A stretch of 63,907 nt of DNA, filler included, from Lenisia limosa (GCA_001655205.1; 11 parts of 11 records of this genome joined end to end with filler, not necessarily neighbours in it); one strand, 5' to 3'; counted from the whole stretch's first letter, positions 38,601-52,980 are shown. Translations and numbers: made by a program. The notes: generated by a model not told the origin, from the letters alone.

Positions 38601-41600
38601 CCCGGTGTGGGCAAGTCATCCCTTGTCAACGCCCTGGCTAAGGCCGCGGGCTTCACGGTGGGAATTGCGGTCAATGTCAAATCTGAACAGCGGCAGATAG
38701 TATTATGCTACGAAATTCAATCCATATCAAACAATGCTTAGATCACTTACCCGGAACTCTTTAAGCCTCTAACGCTCTCAGCTTGCCCGCATCAACCTCT
38801 CGGAGCAGACTGACATGATGGACCTCCTAGGTGCCGACCTGCCAGGTGCGTACTGCTTTTATCCAGGATTATTTTTATTATTTTTTTCGCAGTAAAGTCT
38901 CTCTTGAAACTAGGATCATAAAGATTCGGCGGTTGACTGTTCTCAAGAAAACACCACAGAAAATGCATAAATAGTGACCTCATACCCCTCTCCCCCTCGC
39001 ACGTTATATTTACCCCGGCAGTTGAAGGAGGAAAAGGAGGACAGTTTGCCTGGCGTGATGGAGTGTTTCTTCAGGCCCTACAGGTGGGTGTTGAGAAATG
39101 GCTTTTGAGCATTCTGTCACACTTAAACTCATCCTTTCGTTCTGTCACTTAATTACATATTTCACTGACCCACATAGGAGGGTCACTGGGTGTTGCTTGA
39201 TGAACTGAACCTTGCTAGCCAGTCCGTGCTGGAAGGTCTCAATGCTGTCCTGGATCACAGGTGGGGGTGTGTCGCTTCATTCTACCTTTCATTTTGGTTT
39301 GTATTATATAAATTTTCGATAAATATCGATATTTTGACAGTCTTCTTCGGACCGTAAGGTAGCCCTAATTACAACACTATATTGGCGTTAGCCTTCACCC
39401 TGCAGAGGCGAGGTGTTTATCCCCGAACTTGGCAGGACATTCCGCTGCCACCCTGCTTTCAGAGTANNNNNNNNNNNNNNNNNNNNNNNNNNNNNNNNNN
39501 NNNNNNNNNNNNNNNNNNNNNNNNNNNNNNNNNNNNNNNNNNNNNNNNNNNNNNNNNNNNNNNNNNNNNNNNNNNNNNNNNNNNNNNNNNNNNNNNNNNN
39601 NNNNNNNNNNNNNNNNNNNNNNNNNNNNNNNNNNNNNNNNNNNNNNNNNGCACCATTAAGGAGTTCTTATCATTTATAATTTTATAAAATGTTCTCAATG
39701 ATTTCATCAGCATTACTATACTATACGACCTCATGCATACCCTTGACGCATGCAGAATCCTTTGCATCAAGGAGGCGGGCGTAAGGGCCTTCCACAGTCC
39801 TTCCTTAACCGTTTCACACAGGGTATGGGGGCGCCTTATGAAGGAGGCTATTTGGAGTCGCAATGAACGGGCATACGGTTTTCCTTCAATTAACCGCCTA
39901 GTTTATGTGGAGGAGTTGACAGCATCTGACATGCTTGTTATTACTGAGGTGGTTCATCCTGAGGTATGATGGGCTGGATTTATGACTAGTTCGAGGAATA
40001 ACGGGGGTGTGCGCAGAGTTGTAAGGCAAATGATTGGGTGAATTAATATTATAATCCAATTTCCCTTATAAGCGTGATGGTGTGGACNNNNNNNNNNNNN
40101 NNNNNNNNNNNNNNNNNNNNNNNNNNNNNNNNNNNNNNNNNNNNNNNNNNNNNNNNNNNNNNNNNNNNNNNNNNNNNNNNNNNNNNNNNNNNNNNNNNNN
40201 NNNNNNNAACTAGGTTATTAATTCCGTGACACATGTTGAACTGTTTGATTTTGTGTCCACTGTTCAACAGCTCACCCCACAGCTCCCCGTCGTCACATTG
40301 GAGAAGATGCTTGCCTTCAACACACTAGTGGACAGCGAGTGTCTTCGCGGACGTCTCGGCCGTATGGGCGGACCTTGGGAGTTTAACCTGCGTGACGTCT
40401 TCCGCTGGGCCGAGTGGGTGGTGCTGGGAATATAGGGATGTGGGGGGGGGGGGTNNNNNNNNNNNNNNNNNNNNNNNNNNNNNNNNNNNNNNNNNNNNNN
40501 NNNNNNNNNNNNNNNNNNNNNNNNNNNNNNNNNNNNNNNNNNNNNNNNNNNNNNNNNGTGGAACCGCTTGAGTTCCTCGATACCATTTATGTTACCAGGT
40601 GGGTGTTGACCCATTAGGAGGAATATTGGTGTTGACCCATTAGCAGGAATATGGGATCTTTTTTTTCAATCTCAAAAGTGTTTGCATCTCACCTCGCAGG
40701 TTCCGTGAAGCTGACGACCGGGTAGCTCTTCGTGAACTGTATTGCAAGGTGTTTGAGAGGGTCCCTCTCCCCCCTCCTGTCGCCCCACAAATCACCGTTT
40801 CCGACACCCAGGTTAGTGTCTGTTCTCTTCTTGGAGGGTCAGTGTCTGTTGTCCTATCACTGCTGAGTTGCTCCTCACTCCCCCTTGTTTATTCCTTATT
40901 GTTTATGAACACTGTAAGACCAATATATAGATATTTCCATTAACGGTTGTAGGTTATGGTCGGATCCGCGCGGGTGCAAAGAAGCATTGCCAAGGACACA
41001 CAGGTCGAGTCTCCAGCAGGCCTCCGACCTCCTGTGGGGAGGGGGGGTATCAGAATAATCTGTAAACTGTGGTATTGATACACTGATGTGTCTTTTGAAG
41101 CGATTACCACAACAATCACTCTGATCCGCGGTCATGCAATCATATTTTGCCTTGTCATCCCTCAGATTTTGGCTAGGAGCGCCCTTCAGTCCATTGCTCA
41201 CTGTGTCAACATGAAGTGGATGTGTATGTGGGTGTAGTATTGCATCAGAATTTTCACATGCCTAATAGATTATGTATAGCTATGATGTAAACATATTTGT
41301 TTTCCCGATATCTATTGTTTCTCANNNNNNNNNNNNNNNNNNNNNNNNNNNNNNNGTTCGATACCTGGCACGTGCCTCAGGTAACCCCCTGATGGAGATA
41401 GCCATGAGCGGCGCTGTGGATGCCCTGGATCTTCTTGGCGGCTTTGAACAGGTTCGTCCGTATGTCTCTTCCTTCAATAAGATGTGATCTATACTGCCCC
41501 GAAAGGGATGTTTTCATCAACATCCCATTCACCCCCAGATCGATATGGCCCGGCTCTGCGCGGACATCGAAAATGACACCCAAGCTTTGGTTCGTCAAAT

Positions 41601-44600
41601 CACTTCGTCCATGCCTGCTGAAGGTACGCAGCAGCCTTATCTAGGGATTGCGCTGTAAACATTTCTGAGACTGTGCTCCTGTTCCTGAAATGATCCTCTG
41701 CAACTCACCCCCTCGCACAGCCATGGCCGCACCCCCTGCCGGGCTACAGCAACTTGTCGGCGATTGGGCTTTGTTCTCATCCGCAAAACTTCAAAGGACC
41801 GATGAGGTAATGGGATGTCTTGAACACGCAAATTAGACATATTTATCATAGTATAGAGAGTATTATAAATGCGCTGATTGGTCATAATAGCATTTGCTCT
41901 CGCTGACGACTGCAGGCGTCCCTCTCAGACGAGGAGAAATCCCTGCTCTCTAGCATCCTCAAGCAGACTGCTGCCCTTGGGGCTACAGGGGCCGAGGACG
42001 TTCTCAAGTGGGGGGGGGGTTTAAGTAATTAGAGGTCCCTTTTTCTAGCAATTAAATGGCACGGCTTTATGAGGCCAACTTTGTGTGACATCACAGGCCG
42101 TTTTTTCTTTGACTTACTCCGCAGCCGGCTGAACACCCTTGCGATTGACGACCACAGTTCTGTTGCAGGCACCTTCGGATGGACTGATGGTGGGGGTATT
42201 ATGAATGAGTAGCTGGCTTCAACCATATATCTATGTATGTACATGTATGCTTAATTGCTCATTGCCCAGCCAATCATACGATTAACTCGGCATTTTTATG
42301 ACGTTACAGGAGCGGTTGTGAGGGCTTTAAAGACAGGACATTGGCTCCTTATTGATAACGCCAATCTGTGTCCTCCCACGGTTCTCGACCGTTTGAACGG
42401 TGAGTGTTTTGTTGATACTCATTTGACCAAGGTATCCATATATCCTCCATCGTTACTCTTCCTTGAGCCCTAATTCACTCCCCAAGGACTCCTTGAGCCT
42501 AACGGTGTTCTGGTTCTCAACGAGCGAGGAATGGTCAACGGGACGGCCGAGGTTGTCAAGCCGCACCCCGGTATGTCATGGATGTCCTGAAGCTCTCCAC
42601 TCCAGATGCATAAAGTGATCCGATCGCTTGATCATCCCTTTCACCATTTCCGATTGAATCCACATTGCGATTTATGGGTTAACGGCTTATTAGTTACTTG
42701 TCCTGTCTGTTATCTCACCCCGATATTTTCAACCAGATGCTTCAGGCCATCACCCCCCCCCCCCCNNNNNNNNNNNNNNNNNNNNNNNNNNNNNNNNNNN
42801 NNNNNNNNNNNNNNNNNNNNNNNNNNNNNNNNNNNNAGTGTCGCGTGCAATGCGCAATAGAGGTATCGAGACCTTCATCCCCAACCCAGCCGCGGCCAAG
42901 CCCCACGAGTCCTCCTCTAGCACCGAATTCTTGAAGGTATGACATAGGAAAATATCAAATACATATATTATGGATGCAAATATAAACAAATTAACGCAAA
43001 TAATTGACCCCCCCCCCCCAGGATCCGACAGTGGTCGCCAGCAGTCAAGCTGAAGTGGCCGAATTGGATGGACAGCTCGCTGCGTCGGGTATGGGGGTGG
43101 AGGGTGCCTCGGGTATGTGGAGTATTCTATTAACATTAAAAACATCACGAGCACTTTCTGTTATGGGTGTGTCTGATGCCATTGATAGTTTTAGAGTATT
43201 CTATTCGTTTTTAGAGCCTTTTTGTCCAGAATCTTCGATATCCCTTACCCCTCTCAGGCCTCTCTGCAGCCGGCAACGTCTCCCTCATCATGATTGAGTT
43301 TTGGAACCTTGTATCGCGTGGCGGTAGCATCCCCGGCATCCGCTCGGAGCCTGTAGTGACGTTCCGGTACGAGCCGGCAATCACACGCCGCCACCTTCAC
43401 CGATGGGCGGCAGTGTTTGTTGAGCTTGTGGCCCGCGGCCGTGAGCCCGTTTTTGCCTTGTCCTTCAGTTTCCAACAGGTTCGCTCCCCATATGGCCTTA
43501 TTATGGCTCTCTCGAAAAGATTCCTTCTTCAACAGTTTTTTTCTCAAATGAATGGAATGGTTTATCTACATACGTACTCTTACCCCACCAGGTTATCTTG
43601 CGCTCATTAGCTAGCGCAGATCGCCAGGCTCTCAACTCGGCTTGGACTGTGTACCTCAAACGCGTTACATCACAAGGTCTTCTCACTGCCAAGCCCCTCA
43701 GGTCTGCAGGTCCCGATGGCGCCGAAATTATCCGGCCCTGCACAGCCCTTCTCAGGCCTGGAGTGGGCATTCTGACGCCCGGGCCTCGTATGGTGTTCAA
43801 TGAACCCCTGGTAGGCCTTGTTGGGGGCAAATATATATCAGATATCATATATTATGTATCAGATATATGATATGGAGGAATGCGAAATAATGGTGTATCT
43901 GGTCAAAGTAGTCTGATATACCTCTCACACGCAGGTTGCGACTTTGCTATCACGCGCCATTCCACTGGTGCTCTGTGCCTCTTCACCCCTCAACATGAAC
44001 CAAAAGCCTGAGGGTCTCGGCATCTTCAGACTGCCAACGTCTTCAATGCGTGCGAAGGGACAGATAGAATTCTCTTGCACCATAACACCTTTCTCTAGTC
44101 CACAAATTTGCCCACTTACCTCATCAGACCGTTACGCCCACGGCCAAGGACTCAACAAGCGCCCCTTCAATGCCGCGAGGAAGGCCTGGAAGNNNNNNNN
44201 NNNNNNNNNNNNNNNNNNNNNNNNNNNNNNNNNNNNNNNNNNNNNNNNNNNNNNNNNNNNNNNNNNNNNNNNNNNNNNNNNNNNNNNNNNNNNNNNNNNN
44301 NNNNNNNNNNNNNCTCGATATCAAGAGAAATATCGATATTTTCCTTTTTTTTCGGAAACAGAGCGAGCTAATCAGGGGGTGGTGGCTGCAGTTTAATACT
44401 TGTTGCACAGTCTCTTCTTTTCGCAGATATCCCCCTCACACCATAGGACTCGACAAAGGCTGCAGCGCTCATCTGGTTTGCCCGAGTGGCTACGCCCGAA
44501 AACATTGAGACGGTCCGTTCGGTCCTTGCTGCCCTTGCCAAGCATTATGGTGGGAGGGAGTGGCGGNNNNNNNNNNNNNNNNNNNNNNNNNNNNNNNNNN

Positions 44601-47600
44601 NNNNNNNNNNNNNNNNNNNNNNNNNNNNNNNNNNNNNNNNNNNNNNNNNNNNNNNNNNNNNNNNNNNNNNNNNNNNNNNNNNNNNNNNNNNNNNNNNNNN
44701 NNNAACAGGAGACACCACCCTCTTCACTTCAGCCATGACCATAGCACACAATGTTGCGTCAACGCCAGTCGCGCGCCGAGCTGAAGATCTGACAAAGTCC
44801 GCCGCTACAGTTTTGGATGTTCCTCCCCAAGCTCCCAATACCCCAGGTGAGCTGATATGATAGAACATTGCTCTGTTTTTGAGAAGGTTATTATTTTCTG
44901 TATCTTTGCTCTAACCTTCTAAATAGGATATCTTGATGCGCTGTTGACACTGTCACGTGACTCAAGTATACAGATTACTGTTGATGGTGAAGAGGGGGAA
45001 TGCTTGTATGCCGACGTGACCAGTGCCTTACTCTCTAGGTGATGAGTTGTCCGTACAAGATGCCGTCACTGAGGCCCTCCTGATTGAGAAGCAGAAGGAG
45101 CTTATTGCTTCTCTTCATGCAGCGTCCCTCGAGTTATCCCAGTCGGACGCGGGGGCAGCGGACGAGAACAATGCACCGGCGTCCCTCACGGTACTTCAAC
45201 GGTCGTATCGCCTGCAAAAGGCTATGGTATGCATGGGCAAAATGAAACTCTCACACCCGATGGTGTTTTTTCTATTTTTATGGGCGTATAATTCATATCA
45301 AAGTCCCCGATAGTCCGTTGAGAGATAGGGCACTTTTGGTATCTAACAGGTGGATACTCTGGTACTTCATTGTTTGTGCTGGTCTTCCCTTCACCCCGTC
45401 AGATGGCCGAAGCTGCCATCAACGCTCCCTGTACGTACAAGTGCCGAGCTGTGCTGGTTGCTGTTGGTACAGCCCTGATCAAGCGCCTGAGCTCTACTGG
45501 CGTACAAAAAGAAGAACTCGAGGTGGGGGTCGTACCGAAACACAATAACAGCATTGCACGGTTTGTCGTTTTTACTGTTGTTTCCAGGCATGTTGCCACG
45601 TTTCAAGCGCACTAAACTTCTTCCGGCGCATCATGTCGGTCAAGGAAGACGGCCTCAATAACCAGGTGTGTGTCTTTCTGACATCCTTATCTTATACCTC
45701 GGTTGTACACCTGCGTTCTTATACTTCGGTTGTACACCTGCGTTCTTATACCTCGGGCTGTACACCTGCGTTCTTATACCTCGGGTTGTACACCTGCGTT
45801 TTGCCAGCTATTGTTCAACTCATCTTACACTCCCCACCCCAGGCCATTCTACTGTCATGGCGCTGGCTTGCTAAATCATGCATCAAGTGGACTCTGTAGG
45901 GGGATACAGATATTACCATTTTTAATGGGCGGAGCACCCTTCAATGAGACTAATATTGTAGGACACAAGAAAAGGTCCCAGCCACAGCCTCCCTGTTCGA
46001 CCGAATGGCCTGTCTTGAGCTGGATGACTTCACTGACATCTATTGCTACGCTCAAGACATCGAGGTGCCGGGAGGGGGGGGGGGTAACACTCAGNNNNNN
46101 NNNNNNNNNNNNNNNNNNNNNNNNNNNNNNNNNNNNNNNNNNNNNNNNNNNNNNNNNNNNNNNNNNNNNNNNNNNNNNNNNNNNNNNNNNNNNNAAGGCA
46201 CAAGCATATCCACTTGACATCTGTTGCCATAGCCCCGGCCATGTAACCACTCCAGGCTACAGACCCCCTGTTGCCCACAACACCGCCCCTCTGGACACAT
46301 GAAGGCCGGCACTGCAGACCCCTCACCGAACCAGCCGCAGCTTTCGAGGGCAGTCTCAAGAGTCTTGCTGAGGCCTTTGACCAAAACAGAACTTCCTCGG
46401 TGGGCATGGATACATAGGAACGAATTGCAAAAAGTGTCACCAAAGTCATCCAAGGTTTCATAGTCTTGTAGATTTTTCGCAGCGAGATGGGGGCATATAT
46501 ATTAAGGAGCTTCGCTTACCCTCCAGTTTGCCTCTCCCCATGGTCTTCTGTATCTCCCAACGGATTTCGGGGCCATTTTAAGGGACGCTGCAGCCTTGAA
46601 CATTGCTTCTTGCTATGACGCAAATATGGGTAGGTTGAGAGGTTCAGGAGTTGTATTTGTAACCACCCTTCCGTTCACACTCCATCCCTGCAATCTGACG
46701 ATTCAGCTTCGGCAGTGGCCGCTGCGCCGCATTGCGCTGACCTCTCCTGGCTTGCTATGGGACAGGTGGGTTGCTTTGTTATCCTGTCTGACTATGCCTT
46801 TCAGTCCAACTATAGTATATTGTGGTAGAGCTACAAGACTCATATAAATTATGTTCAAATGTCAGGCGAACAGTGGTTCCGCTTATATAAATATCTGTAA
46901 CTTCTTTTGAAATAGTTTCAATCATACAAAGAAAACATTGACCATCCTCCCACCCCCAGACCACCGCAGTAGTCGATACGACCGAAGAAGAAGAGACCTG
47001 TGCAGTCACCACCAACACCAAGCTAACCGAGGCCCTCACCTCCCTGCAAGCCCAGTCAGAACAGTACCGAACCGATTGGCAGGCTTGGATAGCTGACGTC
47101 TCTCTCGACGCNNNNNNNNNNNNNNNNNNNNNNNNNNNNNNNNNNNNNNNGCCCTGATTGACGACCCAGTTGCTGCAGAAGAGATGGGCAACGAACAAGT
47201 GGGCGATCCGGTTTATTGTTCTGAGTTTGTATCACCCCCGCCCCATCATAATCTATTCCTCACCACCCAGGAGCGTCTCGATGAAGCCCTCAAACGCCGC
47301 GTTACTCCCGATAAGGCCGACCACTTCACGAAGGCAAGAGACGCCCTCACCTTACAACCACTTTGCTCTGCTTTGAGCTTACAGGTGCGATTGGAGGATA
47401 TAGCGATTTTTTAGTTCACAATGTTTACACGAATTGTCTTGGTGTTTGTGTTTTGCTTTGTTCTTGGTATTGTGTTTTGCGTTGTTTTAGGTTGTGTTCA
47501 TCACATCAGCAATATTTATGGAGATCTCCTTCTGTTAACCCGGCCCAGGCTGAGCAGCCACTGGTCGCGCGCACCTTGGCGCTCAACGCCACCACTCGGG

Positions 47601-47740
47601 CTCTTGACAACACGCCAGAGCTGGAAGATCACCTGATCACTTCGGCAAGACAGCTGGCGGCAGAGTGGAAGGAATTCAGCGATAATTGCGCCACTAGACC
47701 GCCTCTCGACCTTCTACCGGGCGTCAGGCTGGCTTTGGAG
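35617..47740 (+). CDS. MDN1: Midasin (Rea1) AAA+ ATPase, internal part (later AAA domains plus linker region); truncated at both contig ends
   Basis: DFLGGLRPVR, LFEWVDGPLVTAMRQG, FLIDEISLADDAVLERLNSVLE, ATMNPGGDFGKKELSPALRNRFTEIWVP, PILLEGPPGVGKSSLV, NLSEQTDMMDLLGADLP, WVLLDELNLASQSVLEGLNAVLDHR, PWEFNLRDVFRW and WLLIDNANLCPPTVLDRLN. Confidence 0.97.
45685..45800. repeat. 27-bp minisatellite (CTTATACCTCGGTTGTACACCTGCGTT) x4
   Basis: Direct repeats in a midasin intron. Confidence 0.85.
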
Positions 47741-48049
47741 GTGGGATTCTGTGTTCAGAATTGCTAATACAGAATCGCAGTCAATATGCTAGCATTAACT
47801 GTTATTAATATAGTAGCATTATTAATATGGGAGCATTAAGTAACATTAACTGTTATTAATATGGTAGCGTTAACTGTTGTTATTCTCCCCCCTCCCGTTT
47901 TCATTTTTAACATTTACAAATGCCTTCATTTCACATAAATGTTCTAATTNNNNNNNNNNNNNNNNNNNNNNNNNNNNNNNNNNNNNNNNNNNNTTAATTA
48001 ATTAANNNNNNNNNNNNNNNNNNNNNNNNNNNNNNNNNNNNNNNNNNNN

Positions 48050-49826
48050 TTTACGCCAAGGACACCCTAGGCTCTGCGCAATCACAGGTCACTCTTCTCG
48101 CTAATATCCTCCCAGAGGTTTGTGGGGGTTGCGTGATTTGTTTGTACCCTGGGTTATTGTTTCAAACTTTGTGTGTTTTCAAAAGTCACACCAATATCGC
48201 TAAATTGTGCTTTTGAAGCGACTAGCCTGCTTAATTTGTTTTGTTGTTTTCAACATCGTGTGACTCAACAGAGTTGATTCGGGATTTTTTTGTTGTTTTA
48301 TTCCAATGTTCAGTGTTTTTGTAATCTGTTTTTTTGTCCTGTTTTTGGGTTGTTGTTTTTTTTTACGTTTTTTTTTTTTTGTTTTTATTCAGTTAGTGAT
48401 TGATGAGGACCTTAATGGCGATATTCTTCATCGAAATTTCCTTAGTTTTACCCCCCTCCCCCTCTAGTCTCTCCGCAACTCGTATTTCAACAACTTCCGC
48501 ACAGGAATGTCCAATTACTGGCAACTCATCTGTGGGGAGGGTGATTGGGTGAATTAGTATTTTACCATAATCCAATATCTCATATATGCTTGATGGTGGA
48601 CGGCTTCGGCCAGAGACAACCTTTTAGATTCCTCATCTCTATATATTTATGTATTAGGGGAGTATCATGATCACTCCAGTGATCACATATGTTTTTTTTT
48701 TGTTTTGTTTTTTTGATTGGAAGGTAAAATATATTTGAAATAGCCAGCAAAATTAACACATAAGAATACCATCAAACAAATATACAAGGGCTTCACTTTA
48801 TCAAATCATTTTCATCGGTGTTATCTTTGTGTGCAATTCCAACCACAGATCTTATTGATCGTATTTTCAAGAGATTTACTGTAAACCTAACTCATTGCAG
48901 ACATGGGGTGTGTCATCATGGGCTCCTTCCTTGCCGCCCAGACCAGTTCCAACTTCGCCACTATCACTTCCCCTCGCGCCCCTGTCATTTCTTTCCTTGG
49001 AGGGTGGGGAGGGGGGGGGGGNNNNNNNNNNNNNNNNNNNNNNNNNNNNNNNNNNNNNNNNNNNNNNNNNNNNNNNNNNNNNNNNNNNNNNNNNNNNNNN
49101 NNNNNNNNNNNNNNNTTTTTTTCTTTCTATTGGGTTATTCTTGTGCTGCAGAAATTTTGACTTGACTACGGTTTATATATTTTGTTGTTTTTAACCCTAG
49201 ACAACAGAGTTGCTTCTGAGTTTTTTGTTTCATAAATTTTCCATTTTATCTCCCACGCCCATTCTCTTCCCCCGTTTTTTAAACTCATTTCCTAATATGG
49301 CAGTTTCCTTCCCTCACATTTCTAATCTGGCATCTTCACCGCACATTCCTAATATGGTAGTTTCCTCATCCTGTTTGGCGCTCGTCTTGCTGGTGGCTGC
49401 ACGTCCGGACATGGAATCTCAGGCATGGCTATGGGCAGTATCAGGTGGGTTGCAAAGTGTCAATACTAATAGGTTGAGCTTCACTTAAAAGTTCCAAAAA
49501 AGACAATTCTCTATAATTCCTTGATAAATTTTGATGTCTTGTCTTATTTCAAAGTTTGTCAATTTCTTAACAAACGGTGTCATATTGGGGGGTGGAGGGG
49601 AGAGGGTCTCTTCGTGTGTTGTCAGCCAACAGAGTTGATTGAGGCTTTTTTGTTTCANNNNNNNNNNNNNNNNNNNNNNNNNNNNNNNNNNNNNNNNNNN
49701 NNNNNNNNNNNNNNNNNNNNNNNNNNNNNNNNNNNNNNNNNNNNNNNNNNNNNNNNNNNNNNNNNNNNNNNNAGTATGTTTGGCGCTGCCATCATCGCCA
49801 CTCTCATTTTCGATGCGGTGCTCTAG
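48050..49826 (+). CDS. YeeE/YedE-family (thiosulfate/sulfur-compound transporter-like) membrane protein, C-terminal part
   Basis: Exons 48902-49011 and 49361-49442 splice in phase to DMGCVIMGSFLAA...SFLGGFLILFGARLAGGCTSGHGISGMAMGSI, the GxRLAGGCTSGH signature of the family. The last exon reads SMFGAAIIATLIFDAVL* (TAG 49824-49826). Confidence 0.8.
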
Positions 49827-50357
49827 AGTGTCATTGGGTTCCTCTACCCCACGTTTAGTTTTGATATTTCAACGTATTGGCACTGGCTTTGTTGCTGGTG
49901 CGGATGATGGATGGCATATGTGCAGAATTGGTCAAAAAGTGGATATTGTTGTGGTGTTAGTATAACCTATCAGGTGTATCAGGAAATCAGTTAAGAGTAA
50001 TATGACAAGAGGTTACGGCAGGGGCGAAGTTAAGGCCGACACCCAACTGCTTTTTGTCAAGTTCCGGTTCAATTCAATCGATAACTCAATAACAATACAA
50101 AATAGTGGGCAAGAAACGCAAATTTTGACCCAGATCGTAGATCGTCGTAACTCCCTCATTTTTTCTTTTTTTGTTTTTTGGCTCGCTAATTCACGACACT
50201 AAGTGCACTACTGTTGCACTTTCACAACTACTATTATTTATTAGACCCCTTAGGATAAAATAAGACAAACTTGAAGAATTACTGTATCAAAACGGAATCT
50301 TGAGTCTGAAACACGCTCTTAAACTAGACCCTAAGTCTTCATACTTGCTCCGTTAAG

Positions 50358-52980
50358 ATGGGACAGCCCACGGAGCCAGGAACTGTGGAGACATTTCAAG
50401 GCCCGACAACTGCTGCGTAAGCGAACTGCGTTACCGAGGCCACTTCTCACTTCCATCTGTTGCCGCTCTTTTTACTGCTTTTAAGCTTAATTTTGACTTT
50501 GTTTGCAGGAAGCCATCGCGTCTTAAGGCCATCCACACCATCCAGAATCTTCGCCACCAAGATGACGAAGACGACTTTATCCCCTCTAAGCGCTCCTGCC
50601 AGGATTGCTTCTGGCTGCTCTTGTTCCTGCTGTGCTGGGGTGCTTCAATCTACATTTCCTACCTTGCGTATGAGTCCGGAGACCCTGAAAGGTGGGATCA
50701 GGGCTGATCATTCCTCTGGCCTTGTTTAAATGTACCCCCAATTTTGTCATGAATTTGTCAAACTATGGCACTGTTTTGATTGGCCTTTAAAGCAATTCAA
50801 AATTCTAATGTATTTTTCGTTTTTCTTCGCGTGAGGACTTACCTATGTTTTCTTAAATTCAGTCATTTCTTGGGGTTGAAGTGAAGTCCAGCATAAGGCC
50901 TCCGCCCTTCGCTTCGTACAGAAATATATGTTTTTTTTTTCGAAAAATCTTCGATAAATATAGAAGAATTTCGAACTTTTTGGAGCGCCAAAAGCCTCTT
51001 ACAATATCGAAATTTATCGAGAATCTCTCGAGAATCACTCCTCTTTCTGGAGTCAAACGACCGATAACGCTTTTAGACTGACATCTGGAGTGGACATGTA
51101 TGGCAACGTCTGCGGCCGAGACAACACAGCAGGCCAATCCGGGCTTCTCAACGGTCGTGATCTGACAGGAAAGGGTGACCTTTATTGGGCCTCGAAGACC
51201 GATCTTAGCATCCAGCTTTGCGTCTCAGCGTGTCCGTCGGTCACCGTCGGGCTCGCCACGGAGGCGGTGGATGTGAGGGGGTCAATTTTCCTTTTTTACT
51301 CCGTGATGTGTTTATCATATTTTGGATGGTGTTTTTTTGCTTCTTTTTTTTTTGTAGTACTGCAGAGTCGATTGGCCCGGGCTTTGTTTGTTTTGTTGCT
51401 GTCAACCCCAACCCCTGTGTGTTGTCAGCCAACAGTGTTGATTTGGGCTTTTTTTTATTTCATAAATCGGTAAAANNNNNNNNNNNNNNNNNNNNNNNNN
51501 NNNNNNNNNNNNNNNNNNNNNNNNNNNNNNNNNNNNNNNNNNNNNNNNNNNNNNNNNNNNNNNNNNNNNNNNNNNNNNNNNNNNNNNNNNNNNNNNNNNN
51601 NNNNNNNNNNNNNNCAGTCGAAATCCAGCTACTGGTCCAGAATGACCAATGCTACACCACCTATTCGTCAACTTCGGGTGGGCTGTCACCGCCATTATGG
51701 TTTTCGTGACACTTAAGTCGACCCTCTCCATCATATATTTGAGCCTATAACATAATTATACTGTTAGTTCTTCTTAATTATAACACAATATTGCCGCAAT
51801 TCTAACTCCACCCGGACCTGAACCTGCATACAATACCCTTTTTACTCAAAATAATTATATCATTATTTGTTCGTAATTATCGCACCAAATTAGAATATTC
51901 TTTTCAAAGTCTTAACCTCCTCCCAAGTCCTGAACCGTTGTATGCCACTCATCATCAACACGAGCGAGATCAAAAACGAACTCAACACCACTTCGTCCGA
52001 CAACAACGACGATCTCATCAACAAGGCCAAGGCACAAGAAATCGGGCAGAAGGCTTTTTCAGACATTTCGCGCGCACGCTGGATTATTGCGCAATGTTGC
52101 GCAGCGGCTGTGGTTCTAGGTTTCGTTTGGTGGGTGGACGGTTTTATAATATTCTAATGTAGAATAATTGACAGTAACGAAGACCTATTATGCACTGTTT
52201 TTTCATCTGTCTGCACATACGTGCAGTCCACCAATCTGACCTGCCAGGCTGCTGTTTCTGCGTTGGTTTGCCGGCTTCATCGTTTGGGCTACTGTTTTAC
52301 TGGTACATCTCGGCCTCGGTGCAATTTGCTACTACCTCTACGTGGCTTNNNNNNNNNNNNNNNNNNNNNNNNNNNNNNNNNNNNNNNNNNNNNNNNNNNN
52401 NNNNNNNNNNNNNNNNNNNNNNNNNNNNNNNNNNNNNNGACCATCCACACAATTTAAATTGTCTTTGAAAAAGAAATACTAATATTACATTAAAAATCAA
52501 GGAAATAAATAAATACATTGGGATGCATGAGATATTGATACGCCTTCGCTACAGATCTCATCCTTAACAGGGCATGATGCTGAGGACGAATACTACATGA
52601 TTCCGGAAGCGCAGCGTTCCGATGACGATACCGATAACTATAAGACTCTCAGGGCGATGTTTTACATTGCGTGTTTCGTCACCGCCATCATCTTCCTCAT
52701 TACGCTGTTCATGCGCAATCGCATTCGTCTTGCCATTCAAGTATGCTGGCATTATGATAAAAACAAACTGTTTATCACTTTGCAGATTATCAAAGGCTCG
52801 AAGAGATATAATCTAAATAGACCAAGTATTGACCTCTTTAGATTATCAAAGAGGCGTCAAGAGCAATGGCCGCGATGCCGTTCCTGGTGTTCTTCCCCAT
52901 CATCATCTTCATCATCATGATGGCATTTCTCATCTATTGGACCGTTGTGTCGCTCTATCTTGCTACTATGAGTGAGGCCG
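50358..52980 (+). CDS. Choline transporter-like (CTL/SLC44) protein, 3' truncated
   Basis: ATG 50358; KRSCQDCFWLLLFLLCWGASIYISYLAYESGDPER|LTSGVDMYGNVCG, QLCVSACP, AFSDISRARWIIAQCCAAAVVLGFVW, LITLFMRNRIRLAIQ|IIKEASRAMAAMPFLVFFP and YWTVVSLYLAT. These are typical CTL1 motifs. Confidence 0.92.
51359..51474 (+). repeat. Family C: ~120-bp non-palindromic intronic repeat (GCAGAAGCGACTGGCCTGGGCTTTGTTTG...AACCCTTGTGTGTTGTCAGCCAACAGAGTTGATTTGGGC...TTCATAAATTTTCC); reference copy
   Basis: Copies at ~3489-3584(-), 3788-3862(-), 20738-20815(+), 22806-22870(+), 22940-22995(+), 24287-24395(+), 29650-29686(+), 31860-31965(+), 48240-48300(+), 49170-49245(+), 49610-49657(+), 56068-56105(-), 56610-56705(-), 58201-58255(+) and 61862-61901(-). 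Confidence 0.85.

Noticed and set aside
35617-47740. Alternative genetic code or non-canonical splice sites
   Set aside because: The conserved midasin, RasGEF, ABCA and CTL exons I checked translate without internal stops in the standard code and use GT-AG boundaries.
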